A stretch of 64,000 bases of DNA from NCBI GenBank assembly GCA_025786725.1, contig JAHLTZ010000007.1:1-64000 (forward strand), read 5' to 3'. The notes under the pieces were generated by a model. The model saw only the letters and a program-made list of their open reading frames with translations, ran no database searches and had not been told where the DNA came from. A program made the position numbers and the translations under genes. This document shows positions 12,401-27,289 of the stretch, piece after piece (within the stretch, counting starts at the first letter, position 1; each line of letters starts with the position of its first letter). This DNA comes from Syncephalis fuscata S228. Its lineage: Eukaryota > Fungi > Zoopagomycota.

Positions 12401-15400
12401 TCCCATCCATCGATCAGATACACAACGTACAAATATTTGATTTGGTAATGGATCGGGAATGGGCAAGACAAATCCAAGTGTTTGGGTTTCTTTTACATTC
12501 TTTCTAGTAATTAATAGCTGTTCGGCGTGATAGACTTCCGTATTCATCGAATCCTCTACCCAAATCCACCACGGCTCCATATTGCCATGGACGCGATCAT
12601 TCCATACAAAATCGGGCGTCACTTCTAGTTGCATGCGTAGAACAGACCGTGAAATGGGAGCAATGGTCGCATCAAGATGTAACAGTGGAAATTGCTCAAC
12701 AGCACGAGCCAGTGTTGGACCAAAGCGTATATTACGTACTAGTTGGCCCAACTCAGTATTATCCATGTCACGCATATGTTCAATGGCCGGTGGCCGTTCA
12801 TGGGCCTCCAGCTTCTGTACAATATCCCACGGTAGTCCAAATTGGCTAAGGGGATGTTCAAATGGCCACATACGCTTTTCAAGCGATTTAGACAGTGAAA
12901 GTAGCACGGCGGCTACAGGTCCCCAACTACGATTACGAGCAATCTCAAACAGAGCTCGAATAATACGGGTAGCATTTTGTAGTACATAGGCTGTATCGGA
13001 TACCAGTGCCGAATCGGTAACGGCCACTCGTGAAATGGCAGCTTGTAGTAGAATATTCACTTTGCCAGATGTTTGATCCATCGTATCCTATAATTAATAT
13101 AGTTAATTACATTCATTCATCACCATTATCTACTATTGCTACTTGTACCTTTATAGTGCAAACACTGCCTTTCTCTTGTAATTGCTTTAAATCTTTTGCC
13201 TCTTCTTCTCTTGATTTAATACCGCTAAACTCTTTACTTGCACTAATAACTGAAAGCACATCAGCCTCGGTCATACGTGGACGTAATCGTTGATTGATCA
13301 ATTCAACGGTATTGTGTTTAATATAGAAGCCGGCTGAAATACGACCCAGATCCTTTGCTGTCAAATAACCAGTATTTTCATCGAATATAATCATTTGATT
13401 GCGATGAAGGCTTCTTGCCGCATCGACAATTAAATCACGTCGCCGTTTCCTAATAGTGGATCTTCAGAAACCTCTCCATGAGTTAAACCATAAACAAGTG
13501 GATTCTTCTTCATACGTATATATAAATACGTATAACTAAGCCAGGTAACCGCCTCATCAACGGTCGTTACAGTGCCTAAACAAATTTCGGCATTCAGGTT
13601 ATCGACCATATTTTTAACAAATCTACCATTATTTAATTCGATTAAATGGTGTTTTATATCATCAATACTAGCCACTTACTGTGATTCAATCGGATGTTGT
13701 TGCATTATTAAAGCTACATAATGAGATAGACGTTCATGTGAAGTGATAATATAGCCAACACCTTGTGTCTCAAACTATAATTGTTTATTATTAGATAATT
13801 TACAATAATAATACATCTAGATACTTACTTGTGGTCTACCTGCTCGACCAAATATTTGCAATACATCCAATATAGATAGATCGATAAATCCGCCCTTTTG
13901 TGCATCATATACCTCGGTGCCTTTAATAATGACGGCATAGGCGGGTAAATTGACCCCCCAAGCCAGGGTGGAAGTACAGCATAATACCTATAGATAACAA
14001 ATATTAATTAATATTATCTGATAGCTATTTAGTATACATACCTTAATAACACCTTCAGAGAATAGTCGTTCCACCAGATTTCTATCCGATCTTAGCATAC
14101 CAGCATGATGAACACCAAATCCAAATTCGAATAATTCTTTTAATTCTTGATTACGTGATCGTGTCATGTCTCGTTTGGCCCATCCCCAGTGTGGATGTTC
14201 ACTGGGTGAAAAGAAGCCTAATAGTATAGTTAATAAATGGTATATCCAATAGCAATGGCATCTATTTACCAAGCTCTTCATTCTCTTGAGCCATCTTTCG
14301 CATAGTTTGTGCCGTTTTAACGGTTGCTTTACGAGCGTGTACAAATATCATTACTTGATGTCCTTCTCGTACTAAATCGATACACTATAGTTATTTATTA
14401 GCTATTATTCTATATATACACTTTTTTACTAACCTTTGAGTAACATGTTCTATCAACGCGTGTATTGGCCTGTATGGTATTTGGTTTCCCCTTAATACCA
14501 ATAAAGTGTTGTTCCAATGGAATTGGTCTAAATCCTGAATCAAAAAAGAATAGTCCTTGATATGGATTGACTCTATTAAACAAATTAAGTTATAATATAC
14601 TGCTGTGCTAATTAGCAGGTAATTACCGAAGGAATGCTGCTACATCCATATAATTAGGCAGTGTGGCTGATAAACCAACAATACGAATCATCGATTGACT
14701 TGTTTCAACCTATAATATATATAAAAGGTTACTGTTGTTCTAATTATTACAATATTGATCATTACTTGGCGTAAAGTACGAGCAATCAATGTTTCAATGA
14801 CTGGACCCGATCATCTTGCAGTAAATGTACTTCATCAAATATCAATAAGCGTACTTTCTATTAAATAGTTAATAAATCCAGATATTATATTATTCAGTAT
14901 ATTATAGTCATAGTTACCTGACATAACTCAGTATCACCGGTTGATTTACGTGTTACAACATCCCATTTCTCGGGTGTAGTTACAATAATTTGTGTATTCA
15001 TAATCTCAGTCTTGGTCAATTGCATATCGCCTAAATGGCTAATAAATATCGTGGTTGTAATACATCAATTTCTTACCTGTCAATTCTCGTACAGCTATAT
15101 TTAGCCATTGAAGTCGTTTTCCCAATTTGCCAACAATTTCAGCCGCTAATGCTTTCATTGGTGCTACATAAACAATTTTGAATGCATCTTTTGTGATATG
15201 TAAATCTTCACTGGCGTCCGATGGAGGAGAAGTACAATAAAGAGAAAGTGTACGTAGCACAGATAACATGGCCACATCTGTTTTACCCTATACAATTATT
15301 AGTAATTAGTCATAATTAACTAATTAACTAATTGATTGATTGATTGATTACTTACTGCACCAGTAGGAGCACATATCAACATGTTTTCATTTGTTGTATA

Positions 15401-16894
15401 GGCAATTGGATATACAATTGATTGAATGCGATTCAATGTTTTGTATCCCTATTTTATAATTAAAACTTTACACTTTACTAGTTATAGTCATTTTAATTCA
15501 ACTTACGGGGAAACAGCCTCGACACAGTCGATCCATATCGGATATGGAAATCAATCGTTCTCCAGGTAATTCAGCCGCTTTTGATGATGCCGGTAACGCA
15601 ATCTCTTCGTAATCCTATTATATGTTGTTTAGTAATACTATCTATATCCATATAATATACACATGCCATATTATCTTCTCGAATTGTTCCTTCAGGTAAC
15701 ACATAGGTGACACCCATTGAAAGCATTGGTTTGCGCATTGATCCCGTATGGAATACATAGGGATATTCTTTCTCGGTAAATATCTAATTAATAATAAATA
15801 TAAATATTACCAAACAGCGCCTATTTATTAACCTTTTGTGTTCCTGATGCTAATGGACGAGAAGCAGCTTTACGTAGTTGTTCCTGTCGTATTTGTCGAA
15901 GCCGTTCACCATCAAGTGCTACAAATATTAAGATTAATTAATTAATTAATTATTAATAAGATATTATACAATAGTGACTTACTTATATCAGTTTTCACCG
16001 TCTATAATTAGCATGAAATTATATAAATGGTTATTATTTCTATTAATAATTAGTCGTTGTTACTTACCGGCACGGTCAATTCTGTACGATTAACAATTGT
16101 CTGACGATGGGTTACAAGATCAGTTAATAAATGAAAGTTATCCAGTCCAAGTATATCAACAAGCTCCATTTGAATTGCCTCATCTATATTATATGGTATA
16201 TGTTATATGGTATATGGTATATTATTTCCTCTATACATACCAGTCTTTTTGAATGCAACAACTGCAACAGCTCCATTGATAGTTGTTGAGCCGTCGTCCA
16301 TCGACTGGCCTCACTTATCATAAGATGTGTCTCACACTGTCTATTCATCCGTATTATATTAGTCAACTATTATTAGAAACCGTACTGTTATCCATTTACT
16401 CTAATAGCCATGACGATGTCCACCGCTCGTCATCCTCGTCATCGTGATTCTGATCATTATCGCCATTGTCATCCGTCTCATCTGGCCATAATATTTGACC
16501 ATTATCGTCATCAAAATAATTGTAATATTTAGGCCGGGTAAACATGGGCGTCACTTTCCAATTTTTACCAAATCCTATATTATTGATATGAATAAATATT
16601 ATTATATTATCGGATAAATAGGCCCAGTAGCTATTAACGCCAGTATATTTACCAGAATGACCATTGGTGCCAATATGGCTACTATTCGTGCTATCATCAC
16701 TAACTACGTGTTAATAGCGCTGTATATATAAATAACACTATTTACCTTTCGACACTTGGGTCTGATTCATCTAGACAGTGTATAAACTCTTCCAATAACC
16801 CATCATTATCGTCGGCCAGTGATTTAGCAGCGACCAATGACGTCATGGACTCATGATTGCGATATCGAATATATTCAGTAAAGGTCCGCGTCAT
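9440..16894 (-). CDS. SLH1: Ski2-like tandem helicase/Sec63 protein, Slh1/ASCC3 (RQC trigger helicase)
   Basis: Two helicase cassettes ([38 protein letters not shown]) plus Sec63 domains. HYCPRMxxMNKP and [13 protein letters not shown] are typical of ASCC3/Slh1 rather than Brr2. Two apparent 1-nt frameshifts at ~13448 and ~14807. Confidence 0.9.
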
Positions 16895-18003
16895 ATTGAC
16901 AAAAAACAGAAGAAACAGAAGTGAATGTAGTGGTAGTAGTGGTAGTAAATAGTATATAAGTAGTAACAGTTGTAGAAACACTCATCAATTAACCCAACTC
17001 TAAGAGAGATAGAAAATAGTAACTGAAGTGTAAAATGAGTTCACTGAGTCATATTGACATCCAATAAAATAAAAGAGTCTATCTGTGTATTATCCAGTTT
17101 TATCTAATAACTGTAGTGTGGTGTTAATGATGAGTGTAGTAATAGACTTGTCATTTATACCACATTAACATTAGTAATTGAAAACTTGCAACATTTTATT
17201 AGTAAATTTGGTGATTTATTAATTCTCTCCCTCTCACTCATCTCTTCACTTTAATCGACGTGTCTCATTCACTCATTCACTCTACAACGTGTACTCTCAC
17301 CTAACAAGCACACCATACGTGTACACACATACACACACCTTTATCCACTCATCTCTCTTCTTTCTCTCTCTCTTTCTCTTTCACTCACTCACACTCTCTG
17401 TTCTCGGTCTCGCCTCCTCTCTTTATCTCTGCTCCTCCTCCTCCTCCTCCTTCTTCTTCTCTGTTACCTATTGATCTTTCACTTCTTTACTGCTCTGTTT
17501 GTAGTCAAACCCTTTTATTCGACTGGTACCTGGTTTCTCGGCCTACTTGTACTTTTCATCGCTTTACCAGATAACCTATCCGTATTCATATCACCACGTG
17601 ACGTATCCAGCTGATCCCTAGGTGCGTCATTGATTGAGTACGATTTAAACAGTTGCGTCTATTGTTGGCTGGTTCGTAAAGCGCTATTAGTCGTCAAACA
17701 ATATATGCTTTTCGTTGACTCGTCCGCCATCGCAACCTCATTTACACTTGCATTTCTTGCTTACTTTATTACTGCTATTACGTTGGCGACCTCTTCTTCG
17801 CACTCACTTTTCTTTTATCTAAATCCTTTTAATAGGTGGCCCTTTAAAAGTAAATGTCTAGTGTTTTGTGAATCGAGCATATAATGTGTATATACAACAT
17901 TATGGTCGAATGGAAAAAGCATATACTCTGATCTATACTAACCTCTATATATGTTGCGACTATTATAGAACCCAAGCGATCGTTTGAAGTTATCCGCGTA
18001 GTC

Positions 18004-19844
18004 ATGGGACAAACACTTTCTGAGCCAGTGCGTGAAAAGCACTCATCCGAGGGATCGGACGACCGTTTCTATTATGGCGCATCCTGTATGCAAGGCTGGC
18101 GCATCAGTATCCTTTTTGTAGTCTATGTTAAACCACTGATGTCATAGAAATTGTTTATAGTCTTAATCTGTAATTTGTCTATTTTATAGCCATGGAAGAT
18201 GCACACACAACAGTTCTTCAACTAGGATCCGGTAAACGAGTTAGCTTTTTTGGTGTATATGATGGCCATGGTGGTAAGTAGTGTTAACTATGCTGTTTAT
18301 AGATTATGCAACTTACAATGTAATTAGGTCAAAGAGTAGCTGAATATACTGGTCGCATGCTACATTTGCGAATTGCTAGAGATGATGCATTTGCCGAAGG
18401 CGATTATAAGAAGGCTTTGAAAAACGGCTATCTTGGCCTAGATATTGATATTCGCAATGGTAGGTGATTGCTGGATTTGTATCCATTGCAAGTGTTATAT
18501 AAGGACAATATTGAATTTACACGACAATGGTAGATCCAGACTATTCCAATGAGACGTCAGGCTGTACAGCTGTGTCAGCTATTATCACTGAAGATAATCG
18601 TATATTTGTGGTAGGTAATTTAGATGGATGGCCAATTACCATAGTTACATTCTATAATAGGCAAATGCCGGTGACTCACGTGCCGTCTTGAGCATTGATG
18701 GCGAAGCAAAGCCACTATCTTTTGATCATAAGCCAGGCAATCCAGGTATATTACAGTTAAAATAATGAATTCATCAGCAATTGTCGTCATTAATAGCTAT
18801 TTTTAGATGAATCCGCTCGTATTACTAATGCTGGTGGCTTTGTTGAATTTGGACGGTCAATGGTACTATTGTTGAATATTTATTTATCATTTGTCGTACT
18901 AAGTGGTTATCTAGGCAATTTGGCACTTTCTCGAGCCATTGGTGATTTTGAATTCAAACAAAATAAGCTTTTGTCGGATGAAGAACAAATTGTAACCTGT
19001 AAGCAAACTATATATACATATACATATAATTGGCTGCATTATTAACTAGTATAATTTTGTAGCAAATCCAGAGATTACAGAACATCAAATTACCGACAAA
19101 GATGAATTTATTGTTTTGGCCTGTGATGGTAAATGAAGTCGCAATCTAATATCTAGCATCTAATCCAATATGCTCTTAGGTATTTGGGACTGTCTAACAT
19201 CGCAGAAAGTAATCGACTACGTTCGTCGGGGTATTGCCGCTCGCATGCCATTGGATAAGATCTGTGAACGTATTATGGAACGCTGTTTGGCCAAAGAAAG
19301 CGATCTGGGCGGTGTTGGCTGTGACAATATGACCATTACTATTGTGGCCATTCTAAACGGCCGAACCAAGGAGGCCTGGTATGACTGGATTGCTCCAAAA
19401 GCAACTCCACTAGGCCCAACGGACGAAGGTGAACAGCCGATTGTCCAGCCAACCGACGATGGAGATGATGACGACTTATCCACAAGTCCTACACCAGCCG
19501 GTATGCAAATGTTTATGCGTATGCTACAAAGCCATGCTGCATCTAATATGGGCTTTACAAGTGCAGAGGAAGAAGAGGTCAAGAGCCCATTGTACACGGA
19601 AATAGATAGTGCCGCTGCCAAATCGGCGAGACAAGAAACAGCTGCTGCTGATAAAGAAAAGGACGCCTCCCATCCTGATGCGCCATTATTGTCACAGCTC
19701 GTAGAATCGCCTGGACCGGAACCACGAACATTTGAACAAACTGCAACGTCGAACCAACCGACAACAGCCGAAGAAGAAAAGAAAAATGACCACGCCTCTA
19801 CTGTGCCATCATCGTCTGAGGCCCAAAAGTCTGGTTCTAGTTAA
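18004..19844 (+). CDS. PTC2: Protein phosphatase 2C (Ptc2/Ptc3 type)
   Basis: MGQTLSEPV N-terminus, MQGWRISMEDAH, FFGVYDGHGG, NAGDSR, LALSRAIGDFEFK, LACDGIWDC and GCDNMT motifs. Confidence 0.93.
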
Positions 19845-20261
19845 AAAGAAGCATGCACAGGGATATTAACGATAAAGGCTAACAACAAGCACACGAATGA
19901 ACATTAAAGTCGCAAAGCACTGATGTTTTTTCACTATGTATATACACAGACGATATCGTTGATTAATGAGTTAATTAGAAAAATAATCATCTACATGTTT
20001 ATTAGAAAATCAAATAGTTTAATTGTTTCAATTGTTATTATCGAGAGCATCTATTTATTATGATTATTACCAACATTATCATTAATATTGTTAGTATTTT
20101 TAGTATAGATATTATTATTTTTCCTCGTTTTTTCCTTCTCACTTAAGTATAGGCTATATAAACCAGCCTACTGGCTTTCTTTCTTTCTTTCTTTCTTTTT
20201 TCTCACCGTAGACCAAGCTTGTTCTAAACTTGACCGACTAACTAGCTAATCGACACCAGCC

Positions 20262-20902
20262 ATGACTGACCATGACGCCGTTATGTCAAACCAGATTGAG
20301 AACATTGACGCCAACGACTCAATCCTGCTCAATGACGCGACTGGCAGTTCTCAATTTCCAGCTGCACGCGTTAAACGTATCATCAAAGAAGATCGCGAGA
20401 TTGTAACCTGTAGTGCAGACGCGGTCTTTCTTATCTCCATCGCAACGGTAAGTATAGTTGTGCGTCTATTGGTATAAGCCGTAGTAATTCAGATCTTAGG
20501 AATTGTTTCTACAGCGTATGGCCAAATCTTCCATCAACTACGCGCATAATGAAAAACGAAAAACTATTGCATATAAAGATGTTGGTAAGCAGTCCATATC
20601 TATGCTACAATACGTAAACTAACGTTTATTGAATAAAGCAAACGTCGTAGCTGATACCGATCATTTGGACTTTCTTACAGGTACGCGAATAATGGTTATT
20701 GTCTCTTTAATAATAATAATCATATGTATTAACGTTTATATTCTTTGCATTAGATATTATTCCGCAAACAATGCCTATTGTTAAAGCAGCGAAGAAACGA
20801 CGCGAACTCGATAGTAAAACCGGGACTAGGGGCACAATTGTAGCAGCATTTGAAAATCAAGTAAATGGACATCGAACATCCTCGGATCACGTTCAATCGT
20901 AA
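20262..20902 (+). CDS. H2A-like histone-fold protein (Dpb3/POLE4/CHRAC-type)
   Basis: Spliced FPAARVKRIIKEDREI...AVFLISIATELFL...KRKTIAYKDVANVV...DFLTDIIP; 4 exons. Confidence 0.8.
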
Positions 20903-21126
20903 CGCATTCTTTTCAGCCTGTGTATTTGATTTATAGCGGTAGTAATATAGTCTTTGTTTCTTAAAAATCGATATTAATAATAGCAAGCGAATTAAAACTT
21001 GTTAACAATTGTGTACTATTTATTTCAATTATAATAGCCATATGTCATATAAGATATTATTTTTGTTATTTTCTTTTCCTTATTCTATATGTATATGAAG
21101 TAATTGCCCTATAGATGGTAATGTAA

Positions 21127-21732
21127 CTATTCCAAGTCGGGTATTTGATCAAAGTCATAGCCTTTATAGCCTTTCCAAGCATAAAAGGCCAATCTAACAT
21201 GGTAGAATCCGGGAATAAAGATCAGCGAGCCTAGAATCAAAATAGGCAAACCGCTGGCCTTCCAGTCCTTTAATAGCCAGTAACATTGACAGATTAATGG
21301 TAATAAAAATAGTTAGATATGTATATAAGCTATAACTATCATTATTTAACCTACATCAGTCTCAATAATATGGGATACAATTAAAGCGCCAATGATAACA
21401 CCGGCCGAACCAAATAGAAATAGCACTGTAGCAAGAGCAATTGATTTCCATGGAACTATATTATACAGTATATTGAGTGGTTAGTTAGTTGACGTCATTC
21501 CATTTGCTTCTACTTTCCCTAACGTAACAAACACGTGGAAAAGCTAAGTGTTGCTAAGAGAGGGAAAGAGCCGAGTGCTACTACTGCTCTACTACTACTA
21601 CTACTGCTTACCTGGACTAGGTGGTTTTATAAATTGCTCTCGTGAAAATGCCGACGCTTCTTCGTGTAGACGCAAGTAGCGTAGACTTTCACGCTGACTA
21701 CGCTTTGAACGCTTTGAACGTTTGGGAAACAT
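21127..21732 (-). CDS. TMEM230/DUF872-like small membrane protein
   Basis: Spliced PWKSIALATVLFLFG...LILGSLIFIPGFYHVRLAFYAWKGYKGYDFDQIPD; absent from the ORF track because of introns. Confidence 0.85.
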
Positions 21733-21994
21733 TGCAGATGAGTTGATTGTATATAGCTAGCTTTGACAGAAACAATAGTGATTACAAGAAAAAGCGATGA
21801 GACAAGTGTTGGTTAATGAGTAGCAATAATATTGGAGTCACAAACACTTTTATACATGTTTGGAAACCGTTTCTTTAAACATTTAATAGTTCTTGGCACT
21901 TTTACATACTCAAATGCACATATATTATAATGAATCAATGAATTGAATGTAATAATAATGATAATGGTGCGATTAACAGATTAACAGTGCAAAC

Positions 21995-23455
21995 TTATGA
22001 TTCTTTATGTTTTTGCGCAACAATCCAGTCTCTTAACTGGCCATATACCAAAAAGGTGATTGCAGCAGCTGGTGCTGCTTTTAACATGCCTGGTACATAG
22101 CCTCGATATAGCCCGATGATGCCTTCGTGGCGTACAATTTGCCGTAGAGTCGTTGATAGACTGCCAATGTAACGAGGCACGTTATTAACGGCGTAGTGGC
22201 GTCGACTTGGTCCTTGAATCTATTATTATTAATATTAATATTAATGAACATTAATACACTTATTGCATATGTTTACTCATTCTATCGTTTCAACTAACCT
22301 GTAACCGCTTTCTAATAACATCTAAAGGAAATACCCCTGTCTTGCTAATAATGCCAGCGGCACCACCACACGCCAAATCTCTTACACCTCCCATCCATCC
22401 ACTTATTTTCTCTGATTCACCTGTCTATTACACGTATGTATATATATATATATATAATTATTGCTGAAGTTAATCATAATAATAATATTGATAACAAAGT
22501 ACTATTCCAAACTTACAGGCCAGATACGAGCAAGTGTTTCATAACTACCAAACATTAAGCCCATATAAGGCACGATTTGTACGAGAGATGGTACAAGTCC
22601 ACGGTAAAGACCGTGAAATCCTTCTGTGCGTACAATTTGCCCAAACGCCGATAGAATACCGCCATAGACACGTTTTACACCTTGTGAGGCGTATCGTGTG
22701 CGTAGTAAATCAAGTGGGTAGGTGCACATAGTGGCAGTGGCTCCGGCTAATGCACCTACAAGAAAAGATTTGCTTGCATTTGGTAATTTGAGATTTGTCA
22801 TTGTTTCCTATACATTACATTTAGTATCAATCTAGTTAGTCGTGTGCTTATTGGTCTTGTGCTATTCAGCTTACTAATTCGTTGATGACTTGATGGCTTT
22901 GTCGATAAGCAAAGAATTGCATTGCGCCATAGGCAAGATATAAATACTCGGCTGCCAAATTACCTTTCCATAATGCCTAAAAACAGCTAGATTCAATGAA
23001 TAAAGCAAATAGCTGGATTAAATTTCCATAACAAATGCTACTTACAAAAAAGCCTTCCTCTTGAACAATCAGTCGCGCTGACTGAATAACTCCGCGATAT
23101 TTGTTGGTACTAATAGGCGGAATCGAATTAGACTGAAGGCGTTGGCCAGTTCGAATAGAATTACGAATATTTGCTTTGCCATTCGACGATAATAATGTAA
23201 AGGCAGGCCGAGAATCAGTTTGTAGCTAATATATACATAGTTAGTAAATATGCAACGGTTGATTAGTTGGCAGTGCGTTACTTGTAAACGAATTTTGACT
23301 ACATCCAATGGAGCCACCACAAATCTACAGCAACTTATTACTGCCAAGCTAGTCACGCGCATACACGGCACTTACCGAGATACAACACCTGCTGTAGCAC
23401 CACAAGCGGCACTTTGCCAGCCGGATAATTCGGCGACTTGTTTATCGGGATTCAT
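21995..23455 (-). CDS. TPC1: Mitochondrial carrier, thiamine pyrophosphate carrier-like
   Basis: Three PxDxxK/R repeats (APLDVVKIRLQ, YPLDLLRTR, FPLDVIRKRLQ); LWKGNLAAEYLYLAYGAMQF is typical of TPC1/SLC25A19. Confidence 0.8.
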
Positions 23456-23819
23456 AACTAAAGAAAAGGGGCTTGATTGCCTAGGAGTGTGGTGTGCGGT
23501 GGTGATAATGACGTGTCCTATCATTGTGTCAGTTTTATCCATATTTGGCTGGCATTTTAAATCAAAGGTTCATCATGTACTACATTGATACATAAATATT
23601 TGTATATGCTTTAATGAATAAATCACAATATACAAAGGGTATAGCAGTAATAAATTTTATTTTTATTAGTAACATATAGCTAATAGCACATATAATAGCT
23701 AGTATAGAGCGAAATGACAGAATAAACGGTAATTATAAAGCTATAGTTTACGTAATTGAATGAGTAAGGCGTAATAAAATATATAAAACATAAAGTATAG
23801 TTATTATAAGATATAATGA

Positions 23820-24000
23820 TATAGATAAATAAAATATATATGTATACTGAATATACGTATATTGAATAATGAATCTATGATAATGAGTATTTGATGATTG
23901 ATGTCACTCACCATTCACCACCATGTTCAATAGATTGAGTATTATTGAATGTTAGTCATTTAAACACTGAACCACAATAAATCATTAATAGAATGTCTAA
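23820..24000. repeat. Diverged dispersed repeat, copy A (copy B ~26900-27070; weaker similarity ~47300-47330)
   Basis: Shared ataatgaatcta...agtatttgatg(a/g)ttg(a/c)tgtcactcacca...catgttcaatag. Confidence 0.7.
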
Positions 24001-24034
24001 TAAATATAAGTAAACGACTGAATAGTATTTATTA

Positions 24035-25833
24035 TTATGCTTGCTTTTGTTTAGATTGTCTAGAAATCGCGACATTGATCGCGCCTTTAACTATCTTAAA
24101 CTCAATAAACAACAGATAAAACAATAAACAGTAAAAATGCATATAAATCATAATTGTTTGCTGTCCACCAAGGCATACGCCAATCAGCGCTTTCGTATGC
24201 TTTAATAGCACCAGGAATGGCGGCCAACTCAATTAGATCGGCACCTCGCATACGCTCTCGATCTGCAATTTGGATCATTCTTTGTGCCAACAATACATTG
24301 GCCTTAAATGAGGCTGCTTCGGCCGAGTCCTTTGCCAGTAAGCGACGAAGAGTACTCACAATAGTTGCTTCTGTCGATGTTGTTTTATCTAGCCATAAAC
24401 CGTATCCTTTTTCAGTCAATTTAATGGCATTGCTTGGTTGATCACCAAAGCCTGGAAGGCCTAGAATAGGAACACCGGCGAACAATGATTCAAATAGCGA
24501 TACAATACCACAATGACTGATAAACAATCCTGTAGATGGTGTTCCAGTACAGCGCGTTGTGGTGCCCAATTCAATAGATGAACTGCTGCATGTTTATTTG
24601 ATTGCATATCTTTAATGCTATGTACAACACCATTGACAGTGACAGTTTCGGGTATAAGGTCATGGTCGTCTGCAGTACGCATCAATCCCCACACAACACC
24701 ATCAATTAATTCGTCATCATAGGCAACTAGCAAAGAACTAAGGATAGTGGAGATTTGACTACGAGATAAGATTGTATTGTTGCCAAATCCAACATACACA
24801 ACATTTTTACGCGCATCCATGAATTTATTTAATTCATCAGATAGCGGCGCATACTTGTGTGGTATAGCAGGCCCAATTAAAAATGTGTTTGAAGGTAGTT
24901 GACGAGCCGGCTAAGTAGATGGTTAGTATTTTGTATATTGTTTAAAATGAAATTTACCTCAAGTGCGAATAAATTATTGATCAGCACAAGACCATGTCTC
25001 CATCGCTCCGGTGCAGTCATATATGGCGTCACTTTGAGCTTTGAATAAATTGCTTGTCTTTCTTGAATCGAATCTTTTATATTCCACAACATAGTTGCAG
25101 GCAATATTATTTTATCATAAAATCGTTCAAAAAAACTGGTTTTATCATGAGTAGATGGTATATTAGATAGGAAATTTGATGCATAAGGCATGTCGCCATG
25201 TCCTATAGCGATAGATATTATTAGCATAATGGTATAATTAGCTGCGTCGTTAGCTACCCACCTTGGAAACCAAGTGCAGATGTAGTAATTACAAATGGTG
25301 TATTAGTTTCGTAAGCCGCGTCATAACAGCCGCTCATAAAAAAATCGCAAATTATTACATCCACGTTATTGGTAGATATCCAATGGTGGAAAAACTTGTA
25401 CTCATTAGGATATTGCATATTCATTGCATTCAAAAGAGTGCTAATCATGAAAAGAGGAGATGGCTTTCCCTTTAATATTGAGTTTTGAAACTCCCGAAAG
25501 CGTTCAGGTGATTGTGGATTTGGTCCTAACTTTACCGGTTTTAGATTTGGATAATCAGCTGTCCATACAGCAGCCACATCATCATATGTGATAAAACTAG
25601 CATCGTGGCCTCGAGCAATTAGAATATCAGCTAGAACTAACTGAGAACTGCATGGTTTTTCCGCCAAACCCAGCACTAAACGCGATCTTTAGCGGCGGCT
25701 GTTTAAAAAAGTCTGATGACTTTAAATGTTGATCGTTAGTACTGTGAGCGGCTGTTGATTTGGCAGTACTACTATCGTTGGCAAATAGTAGCAAGGCGGC
25801 CACCGAATAAAGAAGAAAAGAGAAATGGCGCAT
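24035..25833 (-). CDS. UDP-glycosyltransferase (GT1) with signal peptide and C-terminal TM helix
   Basis: Signal peptide MRHFSFLLYSVAALLLFA; LIARGHD; signature WAPQRAVLEH-PSTGLFISHCG...SLFESLFAGVPILGLPGFGDQPSNA. Apparent 1-nt frameshifts near 25655, 24540 and 24110. Confidence 0.85.
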
Positions 25834-26899
25834 GCTAGATACTACAGCTGCACACGCACACAAAGTAGCAATGGATAAATTTGAAGCTAATAAGAAGATG
25901 TAGATACAGATTCAAGTACCATAGTATATCAAAGAACAGTATTTAAATGTAGTGTCGGTAAATCGGATAAATTACTACTAACATGCAGCGACTGGCATGC
26001 ACTTGTTTTTCAATGTTAAACACCAATTATAACAATGAAACAGCTATTCATGTCACATGTTGATAATTTGACATCCATATTTAGCCATTCATTCCTATAT
26101 TTTGTAAATACTAAGCATTTTGATTTGTGTAACGCCTTGATATGGCAAATTGTTCTTGTTGTTAATCTACATGTAACAAAAGTTCTACATATCTACTGTT
26201 ATTTGAATGCCAAAAGCAATGTTTTCTGATAAACGTTGTTATGTTGTAATATGGCCATTATTGAAGACTGTTCCGCGTAGACTGCTCACTTGAATTGCCA
26301 ATTTTTTAATTCTATGGTAAATATTACTATCAAGTATTACACAATCCTTCAGCAGGTTGTATACATGTTTATTCTATTATTTGTACACACAGTTATAAAT
26401 ACACACTGACGGCATAAACAATAGACAATATTATTTAAGCATCATATTTACATCATTTACTTTATTATAAAAATGTTGTTTTATATTTATTTATAGCTTA
26501 ATGAAATAATAGCAATATCACTTATATGTCTCTGAAGGTACTTTGCCATAAAATTATTATATTTAGTATTATTTGGAGGTCAAATGACTAAATTGAATAA
26601 TATTCACTCAATTAAACTAGACATTTGTTCTATTAAAACCAAAAAAACAATTGCAATAGCTAGTCTGTACCTACTAGACGATAAAATGGCATACGATATA
26701 AAGAATATACTGTGTGAAATGGTGATTAGCTATGTTAAAGTTATTAAATGTATATGTATAATCAATGAGTAGAATTAGTCAACATTTATAAATAATAAAG
26801 CTAGAACAAAAATAAAAATAGTTTTGGGTAGAGCAAGGCTTAGTGAGTATAGAATGATATGTAAAATAATATATAATAGTGTGGAATGAAATGGAAATG

Positions 26900-27070
26900 A
26901 TATAGATAAATGGTGGATATATGTGTACTGGATAATGAATCTACAATGATAAGTATTTTGATGGTTGCTGTCACTCACCACCCAATTTCATGTTCAATAG
27001 AAAAATGTTATTAAAAATAGCCATTCGACCACCAAACGATGGTGCAATTCAATTAAATTGTGTAATAATG
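26900..27070. repeat. Diverged dispersed repeat, copy B
   Basis: Same motifs and orientation as 23820-24000. Confidence 0.7.
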
Positions 27071-27289
27071 TTAAATGACGCATTACACACATTTATTATT
27101 ATACTAGGTTAGTGGTTGCAAAGAAATATTCGCTTTATTTAATTAATAAAAGGGATGGCCATCACATCTTTGATAGAAGTGACAATGCTTTATTAACGCA
27201 AATGAAAGTGTGGATGTAAATCGACTGTTGTTACGGTGGTGTTAATTGATTGGTTATAATTATGATTATTATAGCAGCATAGCATAACT

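Noticed and set aside
9440-16894. Brr2/SNRNP200 assignment
   Set aside because: The second cassette retains intact motifs and the ASCC3-type [16 protein letters not shown]; no Brr2-type N-terminus seen.
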